DNA of 63,178 nucleotides, filler included, from Octopus bimaculoides (lineage: Eukaryota): NCBI RefSeq assembly GCF_001194135.2. It is 8 parts of 8 records of this genome, joined end to end, with 100 filler letters (N's around TTAATTAATTAA, not from the genome) between each part and the next. Parts side by side here need not be neighbours in the genome. Positions count along the whole stretch, not along the records: positions 51,401 to 57,656 come from NC_068981.1; positions 57,757 to 59,293 come from NC_068989.1; positions 59,394 to 63,178 come from NC_068992.1; 5 more parts are not named here. The stretch is one strand, 5' to 3'. The translations under genes were made by a program, and so were the position numbers. Below the pieces are notes generated by a model. The model searched no databases, was not told where the DNA came from, and saw only the letters and a list, made by a program, of their open reading frames with translations. Positions within the stretch are counted from its first letter, which is position 1. Each line of letters opens with the position of its first letter. Below are positions 51,301 to 63,178 of this stretch, one piece after another.

Positions 51301-51497
51301 NNNNNNNNNNNNNNNNNNNNNNNNNNNNNNNNNNNNNNNNNNNNTTAATTAATTAANNNNNNNNNNNNNNNNNNNNNNNNNNNNNNNNNNNNNNNNNNNN
51401 ATAACACCTACATGAGCTTCTAACTTGTTGTCTCTTGAGGTCTCTGAGTGAGACTTGGATCCAACTTGTACAAATGCAAAGCAAAAGTCAAACATAA

Positions 51498-51498
<1 letters not shown>

Positions 51499-51575
<77 letters not shown>

Positions 51576-51760
51576 CCTTTGTATTATAGGCACAAGGCCT
51601 AAAATTTTCCGGGAGGGAGTAAGTCGATTACATCGACCCCAGTGCGTAACTGGTACTTATTTAATCGACCTCGAAAGGTTGAACGGCAAAGTCGACCTCG
51701 GCGGAATTTAAACTCAGAACGTAGCGGCAGACGAAATACCACTAAACATTTCGCCCGGCT
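51499..51760 (-). mobile_element. SINE family A with long (TAA)n tail
   Basis: (TAA)n at 51499-51575, then the family-A body. Confidence 0.88.
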
Positions 51761-51766
51761 CACCAC

Positions 51767-51815
<49 letters not shown>

Positions 51816-52139
51816 GTAGTGATAGTAATCCTTTTTTACTATAGGCACAAGGCTTGTAATTTAGAGATAGGAGTAAATCGATTACATCGACCTCAGAGCT
51901 CAAATGATACGTTTTTATCGATTGTGAAGAGTCGAAGGGCTAAGTAACCTTCGATTAGGCTAAGCACATTGACTGATATAGTCTGAGACAAACTTTATCT
52001 GAAAAAGGAGGATGGTTTCGATTAGAATATCTGCTTTTTCACGTCTGATCAGGGGTGACACATCTAATTTATATTCACTATCATCATAAGCACCATCATA
52101 ATCACCATAGTAATTACCATAATTATCATTATCGTTACT

Positions 52140-52325
52140 GTAGTTTAGCTCTAGGTCAGCCTTCGCAGAGCACACTTGTGATCAGTTACTCCAGCCGAGA
52201 CCATCCAGTTTTGTTTTCTAGTAGTGTAAACCCCTTCACACACTATTCAATGAGGCTTTTGTTTTTTAAGACAGTAAGGCGTAATTTGAAGGATTTTGAG
52301 CTGCTATTTCTGACAGATCGAGCGA
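52140..52325 (+). mobile_element. Interspersed repeat family E
   Basis: TTTAGCTCTAGGTCAGCC..GACCATCC..TTAAGACAGTAAGGCGTAATTTGA..GCTGCTATTTCT. An inverted relative lies at 52915-53095. Confidence 0.6.
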
Positions 52326-52356
52326 CCACTAGTGACTCTTCATTCGTTTGAAATAT

Positions 52357-52566
52357 CCTTTTCTACTCTAGGCACAAGGCCCGATATTTTGGGAGAGAGG
52401 GCCAGTCGATTGCATCGACCCCAGTACGCAACTGGTACTTAATTTATCGACCCCGAAAGGATGAAAGGCAAAGTCGACCTCGGCGGAATTTGAACTCAGA
52501 ACGTAAAGACAGACGAAATACCGCTAGGCATTTCGCCCGGCGTGCTAACGTTTCTACCAGCTCGCT
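52357..52566 (-). mobile_element. SINE family A, full length, close to consensus
   Basis: Complete head-to-tail match to the other copies. Confidence 0.93.
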
Positions 52567-52609
52567 TCCTTATTCGTTCGAAATATCACCATTATCATTA
52601 AGTAAACAA

Positions 52610-52810
52610 AGGCGGCGAGCTGTCAGAATCGTTAGCACGCTGGACGAAATGCTTAACGGTACTTCACCCGTCGCTACGTTCTGAGTTCAAAATCCGCCGA
52701 GGTCGACTTCGGTGGTCGATAAATTAAGTACCAGTTGCGTATTGCGGTCGATCTGATCGACTGGCTCCCACCAAAAAATTTTGGGCCTTGTACCTAGAGT
52801 AGAAGAGAAT
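52610..52810 (+). mobile_element. SINE family A
   Basis: GGCGGCGAGCTGTCAGAATCGTTAGCACGC..GAGTTCAAAATCC..GGCCTTGTACCTAGAGTAGAA. Confidence 0.9.
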
Positions 52811-53271
52811 ATTTTAAAGTATTTAGTATATACCTTATATGCCCTGATTTCAAATACCTCCACAGACGCGTTTGCTATTCATCCTTCCTGAGGCGGCTTC
52901 TACAGTCCGATCCACCTCCTAGAAATAGTAGCCAAATTTCCCCCCAAACAACACTCCATTGCCTTAGAAAAACGAGGAATTGGTTAAAGATTTCCTACAT
53001 ACAAGGAAATATAAGACATGATGGTGATTAGTGGAATGCTTTTGACCATAGGTCTACTCAGCCAGGACTGACGTGTGGCTAAATAACCACAACAACAATT
53101 ATAAGAGTACAACAACAATCTTACTTGGATCGATTATAATAAATTACAGGTAATGTATTACTTTATCCTTCGAGAATCTATTTGAGTCAAAATAAAATAC
53201 CAATATTATTTGCCTCCCATTATGACCTTATGTCACGATAAGATGTTACTATTTTAATTATAAATAGGCAT

Positions 53272-53466
53272 AAGGCGGCGAGCTGGCAGAATCCTTAGCA
53301 CGCTGAGCGAAATGCCGCTACGTTCTGAATTCAAATTTCGCCGAGGTTGACTTTGCCTTTCATCCTTTCGGGGTCGATAGAATAAGTACCAGTTGAGTAC
53401 TGGGGTGGATGTAATCGACTGTCCGTCTCCCCGCAAATTCCAAGCCTTGTGCCTATAGTAGAAAGG
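53272..53466 (+). mobile_element. SINE family A with 15-bp TSD (ATTATAAATAGGCAT)
   Basis: Direct repeats at 53257-53271 and 53467-53481. Confidence 0.92.
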
Positions 53467-53477
53467 ATTATAAATAG

Positions 53478-53835
53478 GCATGGCTGGGTGGTTAAAAAGG
53501 TCGCTTTGCAGCCAAGTGGTTTCGAGTTCAGTCCTACTACGCGACACCTTGGACACGTGTCTTCTACTATAGCCCCGGGCCGAGCAATGCCTTGTCAATG
53601 AATGAGGTCAACGGAAACTGTGTGGAATCCTGTCGTATATTAGTGTGTGCGTGTTTACCCCACTCCATCTTTTAACAAATGGTGTTAGTTTGCTAACGTC
53701 CTCGTAATTAGCAGAAGAGACCGATACCAGACCTTAAAAAAATGTACAGGGATCAATTTATTCGAATAAGCTCTTCAATGTGGTACTCCAGCACAGCCGT
53801 AGTGCAAGAACAGAAACCAGTAAAAGATAAAAGAT
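53478..53835 (+). mobile_element. SINE family B
   Basis: GGCATGGCTGGGTGGTTAA head, CACCTTGGAC..GTGTCTTCTACTATAGCC core, (GATAAAA) tail. Confidence 0.82.
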
Positions 53836-55078
53836 AAAAGCTTATTATTCCATCTTTGTGTGGCTAAGGTAGACCAGGCTTTCTCTATCTGGTGGCTGTA
53901 TTGATTTCTAACATAAACATATGGCTACAAATTTTGTGGATGGGTATAGTTGTAGTTAACCTCATAGTTTACCGATATTTCATTTTATCGGCTTCCTCAA
54001 GAATAAAAGCCAAAGTCGTCCCGTAACACAGTAGCGTAGCTATGTTGCAGGTGGGGGTACGGGGCGCCCCAGGCGATACTTTCATGGGTGGGGAACGACA
54101 CTTTAGGGTCTGCTGTATAAATTTGTATAGGCCTGGCGTTCCCGAGGAGTGGGCGGAAAGCTCAAGAGTTACCCCAAAAGGCACATACTCCAGGTACGTC
54201 ACAGTCCTTGTACGATTTGAACTGAGAAGGTAGAGAGGTGCAACTAAATACCAAATGGCATTGAAAGAGTTAGTATGATGGACGAGGGTTGAAATAAGAA
54301 TTACTGGAAATCTAATGAGCTATTTTTTCATCCGCACACCATCCCCCCCCGCACCCCAAATACATACTACCCAACATCACCCCCATCCTGTTGTGTTTCA
54401 CTCTCCGCATCCTGAACACACAAAACACTTTTACTCCTAACCTTTCTCCTCCGCCGCCAGAGGAGCTACTGTCAGTTTTCTCAACGCCCACGTTTTCTAT
54501 GAAAACATCGACCTAAAGATGTACAGAATGAACATCAACCGCATCGATATTGTCGCTACATGGCGGAGAGTGCACAGGAGGTCATAAACACCGATCCTCT
54601 GATTCCGACTAAACAGTGAAGGAAAGGGTGAATCCTTCAACTGATGTTCTTTGTTATCGTTCTGACCCAAGTCAAACGGAATGAAGTCTTTGACCAAAAG
54701 CAATTAAGCCATAAACATCTCGCAATATTTCCATTTTTTTTTTTTACATCATGAATAATAAACAGACCATTATCCAACGTACTCCCTTTTTTAAGAAGGC
54801 AGGAAGTCGTTTGAGGAAAATTTCTATAGTATTTCTATCAAAAACAGGGATAATAAAGAAAGTCTCCAGGTAGTTCTTCCGGCTCTTCCGTTTATACCTA
54901 AAAGGTTAGATTTAGGAAAGGACAAATGCACAGAGCAGCAAATAGCTGGGAGTTGGATATTTCTGCAACCTCACAAAGTAACAGTCCTCCAACATTTATG
55001 TTAATTGTAAGAGGGGCAGTTTATATTATATATTTGTATGTATATATATGTATATACGTTTGTATGTATGTATGCATA

Positions 55079-55113
<35 letters not shown>

Positions 55114-55722
55114 TTATATATATATACATACACATATATATGTATATTTATATATTTATACACACACATGTATGTGTGTGTGTGTGTGTGTAGGAATCTG
55201 TTAATGATTTACACTCCGTTATTTTGTTGCTTCTCTGAGTTTCGCACCACGTGCTCTCGTTCAGCCAACCACAAATTGGCCCAACAGAATTTACATACAG
55301 CGAAAACTTAAGTAACGGCTAGATTATCAATTGTTAGTAAAAATAAACTTTATATAATGTATTGAGTACTTTTTCTTTATAAAGAAAAAAACGCACATAT
55401 ATGCATACATGTATATATATATATATATAATAATATTATTAGGGACAAAATCCAAAATTACAGGTAAAAAACTCAATTAAAATCAATTTATAAAAAATTA
55501 AAATTAAATTGAGCCTTATAGATAAAGTATATATAAAATATATACGTGTAATCTTTTTATTATATTTATCTTATGATATTTACTTTACTTTATATTATAC
55601 TCATTTATTGTGCTTTTAATTATTAATTTTTCTATATGTGATAGTGGATTTTCATCGATGAGTTCTTGAAAATTGGTTATTTTCCCTAAAACTATATATA
55701 TATATATATATATCTGTGTGTG

Positions 55723-55776
<54 letters not shown>

Positions 55777-56236
55777 TTGATACATGCTTACATACATATG
55801 TACATTAATAGATATATGTTGTCTTTAGGCAAAGTAAATAAATCACTATTATCTAAGATCCTAGCTAGACATTAACATTATTTTAACAATTATAGTCTAG
55901 AAGTTCAAAGTTAATTGATATTAATGAGGAAAAATGAAAAAAATAAAAAAACATTACAGTTATATAGAGAAATAAAGTATGACAGTCATCTCTTTCTATA
56001 TCATTATCTCCTCGCTTTCTCTGCTTTGTTTTATCATTTTTTTTTATCTCTGTTTACTCCTCACACACACACACACACACACACACTTACATAAACATAC
56101 ATATGCACGATTTCTCTCTCTCTCTCTCTCTGTATATATATACACACACACACACATATGTATATCTAAATATATGTATATATATATATGTATATGTATA
56201 TATATATATGTATATGTATATGTAATTATATATAAT

Positions 56237-56287
<51 letters not shown>

Positions 56288-56774
56288 AATTATATATATA
56301 TATGTATATGTATATGTACATGTAATTATATATATCCATATGTATGCATATGCGATTAAATATATATCATNNNNNNNNNNNNNNNNNNNNNNNNNNNNNN
56401 NNNNNNNNNNNNNNNNNNNNNNNNNNNNNNNNNNNNNNNNNNNNNNNNNNNNNNNNNNNNNNNNNNNNNNNNNNNNNNNNNNNNNNNNNNNNNNNNNNNN
56501 NNNNNNNNNNNNNNNNNNNNNNNNNNNNNNNNNNNNNNNNNNNNNNNNNNNNNNNNNNNNNNNNNNNNNNNNNNNNNNNNNNNNNNNNNNNNNNNNNNNN
56601 NNNNNNNNNNNNNNNNNNNNNNNNNNNNNNNNNNNNNNNNNNNNNNNNNNNNNNNNNNNNNNNNNNNNNNNNNNNNNNNNNNNNNNNNNNNNNNNNNNNN
56701 NNNNNNNNNNNNNNNNNNNNNNNNNNNNNNNNNNNNNNNNNNNNNNNNNNNNNNNNNNNNNNNNNNNNNNNNNN

Positions 56775-56808
<34 letters not shown>

Positions 56809-57579
56809 ATATATATATATATATACAATGCGTGTGTATTTGTGTAGTCATAAAAAAAAGCATTTTTCCTCCCCTTTTTTTTTCTTTTTACAAATTACGC
56901 CACGAAAAGAAAAGTCGGTTACTTACGAATTTAGGAGGCATATTGAGTTAGTTTTAAAAATATATATTTGGTTTCAGGAAGAAACTAAAAAGTCGGAAAG
57001 ACTTGTTGCTTGCACTGACTGCTTAGCGCCAACTGACAAAATCTAACCAAGTTTTTAGAGCTGTCTCTCCCTCTCTCTCTCTCACTTTTTTTCTCACACT
57101 CACTCTTTCGCCTTCTCACTCTGTCTACCCTCTCACTCTCAACTTCAGCTTAAAAGTGTAGTAGAGGCGTAAACGAAACTCACTCACTGGGAACGTAGAT
57201 ATATATTCATTCACTCATTCATTTATTTATTTATGCTCCGTTACGTATTGCAGTGACTGGACGGAATACGGTCACATGCAGGTGGAGATCATTCAACTAC
57301 TTGATTTATTGATTACGATTTATCGAACAACTACATTACGGAACAGAATGGGGCAGAATATATAAACATTATCCATCATTGTTTCAGGCGCAGGCCTCAC
57401 TGTGTGGTAAGAAGATTGCTTCCCAACGACATGGGCTGCTAGACCAGTGAGGCGCCTGGGCAACTGTCCTGCGTGTCCACGCCTCAAGAGGGGCCTGCAT
57501 GCTTGTGTGTATGTATGTATGTATGCATGTATGTATGTATGTATGTATGCATGCATGTATGTACGTATCTGTCTGTCTC

Positions 57580-57610
<31 letters not shown>

Positions 57611-57873
57611 CTCTCCCTCTCTCTCTCTCTCTCTCACTCTCTCTCTCTCTCTCTCTNNNNNNNNNNNNNNNNNNNNNNNNNNNNNNNNNNNNNNNNNNNN
57701 TTAATTAATTAANNNNNNNNNNNNNNNNNNNNNNNNNNNNNNNNNNNNNNNNNNNNCCTTCCCTACCACTCCCTTTTTACCACGTGACCATTAACCAAGA
57801 ATGGGTAAATAATAGCGTGCAAAACACTTATTGCGTGTGTGTGTGTGTGTGTACACGTGCGTGTGTATGTGTA

Positions 57874-57908
<35 letters not shown>

Positions 57909-58231
57909 AAGAGAGAGAGAGCGTGAGAGAGAGAGATTTCAAAGGAACGATACACATAAACACAGACATACACACACTACACACATCTATGTACATACAA
58001 TCCTACAAATTCACACACACACACGCACACAGACACACACACACACACGTACACATGCACAGTGTCTCTCACACATACCTAAAGACACCCACAGGAACAC
58101 ACACATTCGTACACACACACACACACACACACNNNNNNNNNNNNNNNNNNNNNNNNNNNNNNNNNNNNNNNNNNNNNNNNNNNNNNNNNNNNNNNNNNNN
58201 NNNNNNNNNNNNNNNNNNNNNNNNNNNNNNN

Positions 58232-58378
58232 NGCGGTTCGGCTAAAGAGACCGATAGAATAAGTACTAGGCTTACAAACAATGAATCCTGGGGTCGGTTA
58301 GCTCGACTAAAAGGCGGTGCTCCAGCATGGCCACAGTCAAAAGACTGAAACAAGTAAAAGAGTAAAAGAGTAAAAGAG
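58232..58378 (+). mobile_element. SINE family B, 3' end
   Basis: GCGGTTCGGCTAAAGAGACCGATAGAATAAGTACTAGGC..(GAGTAAAA)3 tail. Confidence 0.92.
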
Positions 58379-59201
58379 TATATATATATATATATATATG
58401 TGCATGTACGTATGTATATATGTATGTATGTCATTATTGAGTTTTATTTCAAGATTTCTTACCAATAGAGAAGGAACCGTTTTCTAACCTAGATCCAAGG
58501 CTTCTTCATTGGAATTTCAACATCAACAACAGACTACTTTTGTATATATGTATGTATACGTGCAGATTTGTGTATTTTTTGTTTTATGCATGTCTTCTCA
58601 TGAATGAATATATGTATATATGTTTGTATGTATGCACGTACGTATGTTTGTATGTATGTATGTATGTATGCATGTATGTATGTATGTATGTGTGATTCCA
58701 CGACATGAAAAAATAAATCAGTCGCTTGATCTTTCTCCACTTCCTTCAATACATACGCCGCAACGTCCACCATATGTTACGTTATGTAAAAGGAACAGAT
58801 TTGATTAACGAACGTGTCAGTAATATGTAAGTGCTTGTATTTATGTGTGTGTATGTTTGTGTGTGAGTGTGTTTGGATGTATGACTGTACGCGTGTTACC
58901 GTATCATATATTATACGTACACACACGTTGAAATACTAAGAGTACCTACTATGTGTGTGTCGGTGTAAATGATATAGCGTGTTAATGTGTTAATAGCGGA
59001 TGTTTAATAAATCGTTTTTTGCGTCTTAACCACGTTGAGTCATACATTCGCCCAGCTGCTACAATGGCCGACTTTTTAATCTGCCGTTAGTTTCATTATC
59101 GTCTGCTTTACGTTTTGCATAACATATTCGAACTAAATCTCGATTTCTCTTTGCTGTTTCTATTTGGGACGTTCTGGATTTTGGTGGTGGAGCTGCTGCT
59201 G

Positions 59202-59293
59202 CTTCTTCTTCTTCTTCTTCTTCTTCTTCTTCTTCTTCTTCTTCTTCTTCTTCTTCTTCTTCTTCTTCTTCTTCTTCTTCTTCTTCTTCTTCT
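59202..59293. repeat. (CTT)n/(GAA)n microsatellite, about 30 units, cut by a gap
   Basis: Directly visible. Confidence 0.97.
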
Positions 59294-59798
59294 NNNNNNN
59301 NNNNNNNNNNNNNNNNNNNNNNNNNNNNNNNNNNNNNTTAATTAATTAANNNNNNNNNNNNNNNNNNNNNNNNNNNNNNNNNNNNNNNNNNNNATATGTA
59401 GCATAGACGCGGATGAAATTCCCCTCTCCCTTTATTATATATACATACATTCGAATGTAGCAGCTAACAGCTAGCCTTTGGCCGATATTTGGACCCTGAT
59501 ATGTCCACTACTCTGACTGGTTGGTATTGGTGCAATTTATTTCTTACTCTGTCACTCCAATTTGCTGTATATAACTAATTGGAGCTTCTAAATACGATCA
59601 TGTGAGATAGCCTATTCTCAACCCAGTTTTGAACCTACAGCTCCTTATAAAAACTTAGCTTTTTCCTCACTATACAACATTGGTCAGACTGGCTATAATG
59701 GACATATAATACTGTACACTTCAGATAATATATATATGTGTGTGTGTGTATATATAAAAATTAATATGAACAGCCACGCACAATGTGATACCATAAAG

Positions 59799-60080
59799 GA
59801 AAAATATAATTGTTACTCAAAGTGACTAAAAGTGTCAAGGCACCTACATTGCCAGAAATAGGAGCTAAAATATTCTAATGCTGTAGGAAAAGCACATAAG
59901 TGTATACATATATGTTCACAGGGGCTGCAATCATTCAAGGAATTCTCAAGTTGGTGTTTGAGTGTTTGCAGCCCCTGTGAGCATACATTTATGTGCTTTT
60001 CTTACAACATTAGAGCTTTTTAGCTCTTATTCCTAGCAATGTAGGTGTCTTAGCTGCATTGAGTGACAATTATATTTTTC
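59799..60080. mobile_element. About 280-bp fold-back element (MITE-like)
   Basis: GAAAAATATAATTGTTACTCAA.. and ..TTGAGTGACAATTATATTTTTC ends. The arms pair over about 130 bp with indels around a loop of about 19 nt. Confidence 0.85.
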
Positions 60081-60089
60081 ATATATATA

Positions 60090-60127
<38 letters not shown>

Positions 60128-60169
60128 GACCGTGCAGTGTTAGGTGACAAGAATGGCTCCTTTTGAATA

Positions 60170-62630
60170 GTACATGTAAGTGCCAGAGAGAAAAAGGAGA
60201 CACAATCGAGTAGAGTGGTTAAGAGAAGATTTATTGATGTGTAAACCTGTGTGTCTGTGTGTGCATCATGTATACAGAATGAGAACAAAATGTATGTGTG
60301 TGTGTAAGCATAGATGTATGTGTGTGTGAAGAACATATAAGAATGGCAATGAAGAGAACAGTGAAGAAGTCTATGGCCATCAAAGTGAGAAGTTCATAGA
60401 CACAAGAATGAGAATACCAGAACGTAGTCAATTGTACATGGTAGTTGAAATACTGTATCAAGAAGTCACGGCCATGATGCAGAGCTGGATGGAGGTACAT
60501 ATCATATGTGAAGTCGTGGCTGTGATGCTGCTGCCTGGGTCACTTGTTACAGGAGTTCTTACAGGTTGTATATTCGCTCTTGATCCATGGTGAAGTAATT
60601 CACAAACAGTGAAGTGTTGGAACCTGGGCAAGTCTCAATGTGGCTGATGTGGTGTTGTTGCTGGAACTGGCTGATTAAGAGGGAAGATTAATTCCTATTC
60701 ATAGCAAAGGTGGGAGTCCGGATGGCCCCTGTGCAAAGACAATCTAAACACAGACAGGTGTTGTAATAAATGACCGGTAAAGCAGAAATGGCATGAGACC
60801 AGGGTGTCATTGCTGAGTCTAATGTTTTGGAGGTGCTCTGCAAACCGGTCAGCCTAGCAGCGTCCCGCTTGACTGATGTACAGAGAAGGGCAGAAAGAGC
60901 AGGAGTTGCAGTAAATGACATTGCTAGAAGTGCAGGTAGATGAGTCAGTGATATGATAGGGATGATGATGGGTGCCTGTGAGGATGGTGGTGCTGGAGTG
61001 GCCGTGGCAGGTGCAACAGCATGGGTGGGAGAAGGGGAACAAGCCAGCTTGAGAGGTGAGGTTAGGAAAGAAATTGTGGACCAGGAGGTCATGTAGGTTG
61101 TGGGCTCATTTGAAGGAGGGAAGGAGTAGGTTGGGGAAGATGTGCGAAGTGGAGAGGTTGGACTGGAGTCACTGGAAGGCTTTGAGAATGGTGCGTTGGA
61201 GGGACATGGTGGAGGGGTGGTAGGTGAGGGGAAACAGGAAATGAGCAATGGTGGGTTCGGGGAGAGTAAGCAGAGGCACAGTCCATGGAACATGCTCTGG
61301 CAAAGGCTGTGTGGATAGTGGTGAGGGGATATCCATGACGGATGAAGTGGCAAGCCATGAGTTGAGACTTAGTCTTAAAGTCATGGTTGTAACTGCAGAG
61401 CCTGTGCAGAAGGAGGAATTGGGAGTAGGGGACAGAGAGCTTGAGAGGGTGGGAGGAGGAGAAGTTGAGGTATGAGTTAGAGTTGGTGTGTTTGTAGTGG
61501 ATGGAGGGAGTGACAGCGGAGTTGTGTATATCGACCGAAATGTTGAGAAATGTTATGGAAGTGTTGGAAAAAGTGCAGGAGAATTTGAGCGTAGGATGGA
61601 AGGATTGGACAAAAGAATGGAAGGAATCTAGTTGTTCATGGGAGAGTGAGGTTACACTGATACAGCCATCAATATAACGACCATATAGTTCGAGTAGGAC
61701 CAGTGAATCTTGAAAATATTTGGGCTTGAATGTAGCCAACGAACAGGTTCACATAGTTGGGGCCCATTCTCATTCCCATGGCTACTCCCGAGAATTGTTG
61801 GTAAAACTCCCCTGCAAACAAGAAGCAGTTGAGGGAGAGAACAAGTTCTGGCAGACGAAGAAGTGTGAATGTGTCAGGTTGGGGGTTGGGTTGAAGGTCT
61901 AGGAAGTGTTTGAGTACAAGAAATCCTTCGTTGTGTGGAATCACTGTATATAGCCTCTTGATATCAAGAGTGAAGAGAAGTTTAGAGGGGCCACGAGGGA
62001 AGGAGAAAGAGTTGAAAAGACAGAGAGCATGGTTAGTATCGTGGATGTGGGAGGGGAGGGAAACCACAAGGGGGACAAGGACACAATCGAGGCATTTCAA
62101 GATCAGTTCTGTGGAGCAGTTACAGGCGGAGACGATGGGGCGGCCAGGGTTGTTGGGCTTGTGTATTTTGGGAAGAAAGTAAATGGTAGGGGTTTGTGGA
62201 GTGCAGACAGTGAGGTTGGAGGCGGTGGAAGGGAGATGGGAAGAGGAGATGAAGTCAAGCATAGTGGAGGACACAGTCTGTTGGTAGCTAGGCGTGGGGT
62301 TGGAGGGAAAAGGGCAATAGAAGGAGGTGTCTTGAAGTTGGCAGAGAACTTCAGGCTTGTAGAGGTCCGTGCGCCACACCACCACAGCTCCACAGCTCTT
62401 GCTGGCTGGTTTTATGATAATGTTTTGTGGCGTCGGAGATATCAAAGGGCTAAGAGTTCGGCCGGAGAGATGTTCAGATGTTGGGGATGTGTGCAAAAGT
62501 TAAACCGGTCCAGAGCACATTGGCAGATGAATGCAAAATGATTGACTGCTTGGAACTGGCTTGGAGCTGGCATCCAGTGGGATGAAAATACTACTGAAAA
62601 GAAGCAAATGTAAACTTTGTAATCTTTGAC
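60170..62630 (-). pseudogene. Penelope-like retroelement (Neptune/Poseidon-like), RT plus GIY-YIG, frameshifted
   Basis: IIIKPASKSCGAVVVW; YFLPKIHKPNNPGRPIVS; LFTLDIKRLYTVIPH; GVAMGMRMGPNYVNLF; RYIDG (catalytic DD damaged); YSQFLLLHRLCS; CTSSNVIYC..LYISQAGR (GIY-YIG). Confidence 0.93.
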
Positions 62631-62765
62631 AGGTACTACACTAGTATACGTACTGTATATACTAACATACATATAAGTATATACATCTGTATATATGTAA
62701 ATAAACATCTGTATATATATGTGTGTATGTGTGTGTGTGTGTGTGTGGTGTGTGTGTGTGTGTGT

Positions 62766-63147
62766 GTGGAGGCACAATGTCCCAGTGGTTAGAGCAGCAG
62801 ACTTGTGGTCATAGGATCACGGTTTCGATCTCTAGACCGGGCGTTGTGAGTGTTTATTGAATGAAAACACCTAAAAGCTCTATCAGGCTCTGGCAGTGAG
62901 TGGTGGCGAACCCTGCTGTACTCTTTCACCACAACTTTCTCTCACTCTTTCTTCCTGTTTCTGTTATACCTGTATTTCAAAGGGCCAGCCTTGTTACACT
63001 CTTGTCACACTGAATCTCCCTGAGAACTACGTTAAGGGTACACGAGTCTGTGGATTGCTCAGCAACTTGCAAGTTGATTTCATGAGCAGGCTGTTCCGTC
63101 GATCGGATCAACTGGAACCCTCATCCTTGTAACCGACGGAGTGCCAC

Positions 63148-63148
<1 letters not shown>
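62766..63148 (+). mobile_element. SINE family C, full length
   Basis: Matches 26326-26708 throughout. Confidence 0.93.

Positions 63149-63178
<30 letters not shown>

Noticed and set aside
54030-54140. CAGTAGCGTAGCTA..GGGGCGCCCC, resembling a non-autonomous DNA transposon 5' end
   Set aside because: No matching right terminus was found.
4258-58434. Numerous long ORFs rich in X, YI, CV, HT, poly-L/I/M
   Set aside because: They are translations of N gaps and microsatellites and show no domain signal.
11571-59349. TTAATTAATTAA centred in 100-bp N gaps (11571, 23107, 34243, 44642, 51345, 57701, 59338)
   Set aside because: It has an identical context every time and encodes stops in all six frames. 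It is a scaffolding linker, not biology.

Overview
This is eukaryotic, gap-rich, microsatellite-saturated non-coding DNA. The SINE families resemble those I recall from Octopus; that assignment is an inference. I found no confidently identifiable host protein-coding gene. Almost all ORFs in the track are translations of microsatellites or N gaps. Recognisable content: (i) more than 35 copies of at least five tRNA-headed SINE-like families; (ii) two decayed Penelope-like retroelements (PLEs), a GIY-YIG fragment at 7.7-9.2 kb (+) and a nearly complete RT plus GIY-YIG ORF at 60.2-62.6 kb (-); (iii) RTE and RLE-type LINE 3' fragments; (iv) DD37D (maT) and mariner transposase relics; (v) several fold-back elements. 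The most interesting signal is a set of type-I hammerhead-ribozyme (HHR) motifs in non-coding palindromic elements. One is a 213-bp hairpin made of two back-to-back HHRs with a compensatory stem-I change (34.4-34.6 kb). Another is a two-copy fold-back family carrying a minimal HHR (24.2 and 30.9 kb). Further HHR-like motifs flank the 7.7-kb PLE. Together these suggest PLE-mobilised, retrozyme-like non-autonomous elements. Also notable: a palindrome of two divergent tRNA-like Pol III units (5.8-6.2 kb), a SINE with a 116-bp target-site duplication (26.2-26.8 kb), and a GIY-YIG nuclease split by about 0.9 kb of trinucleotide-coded low-complexity sequence. Coordinates were read by eye; SINE boundaries are approximate.
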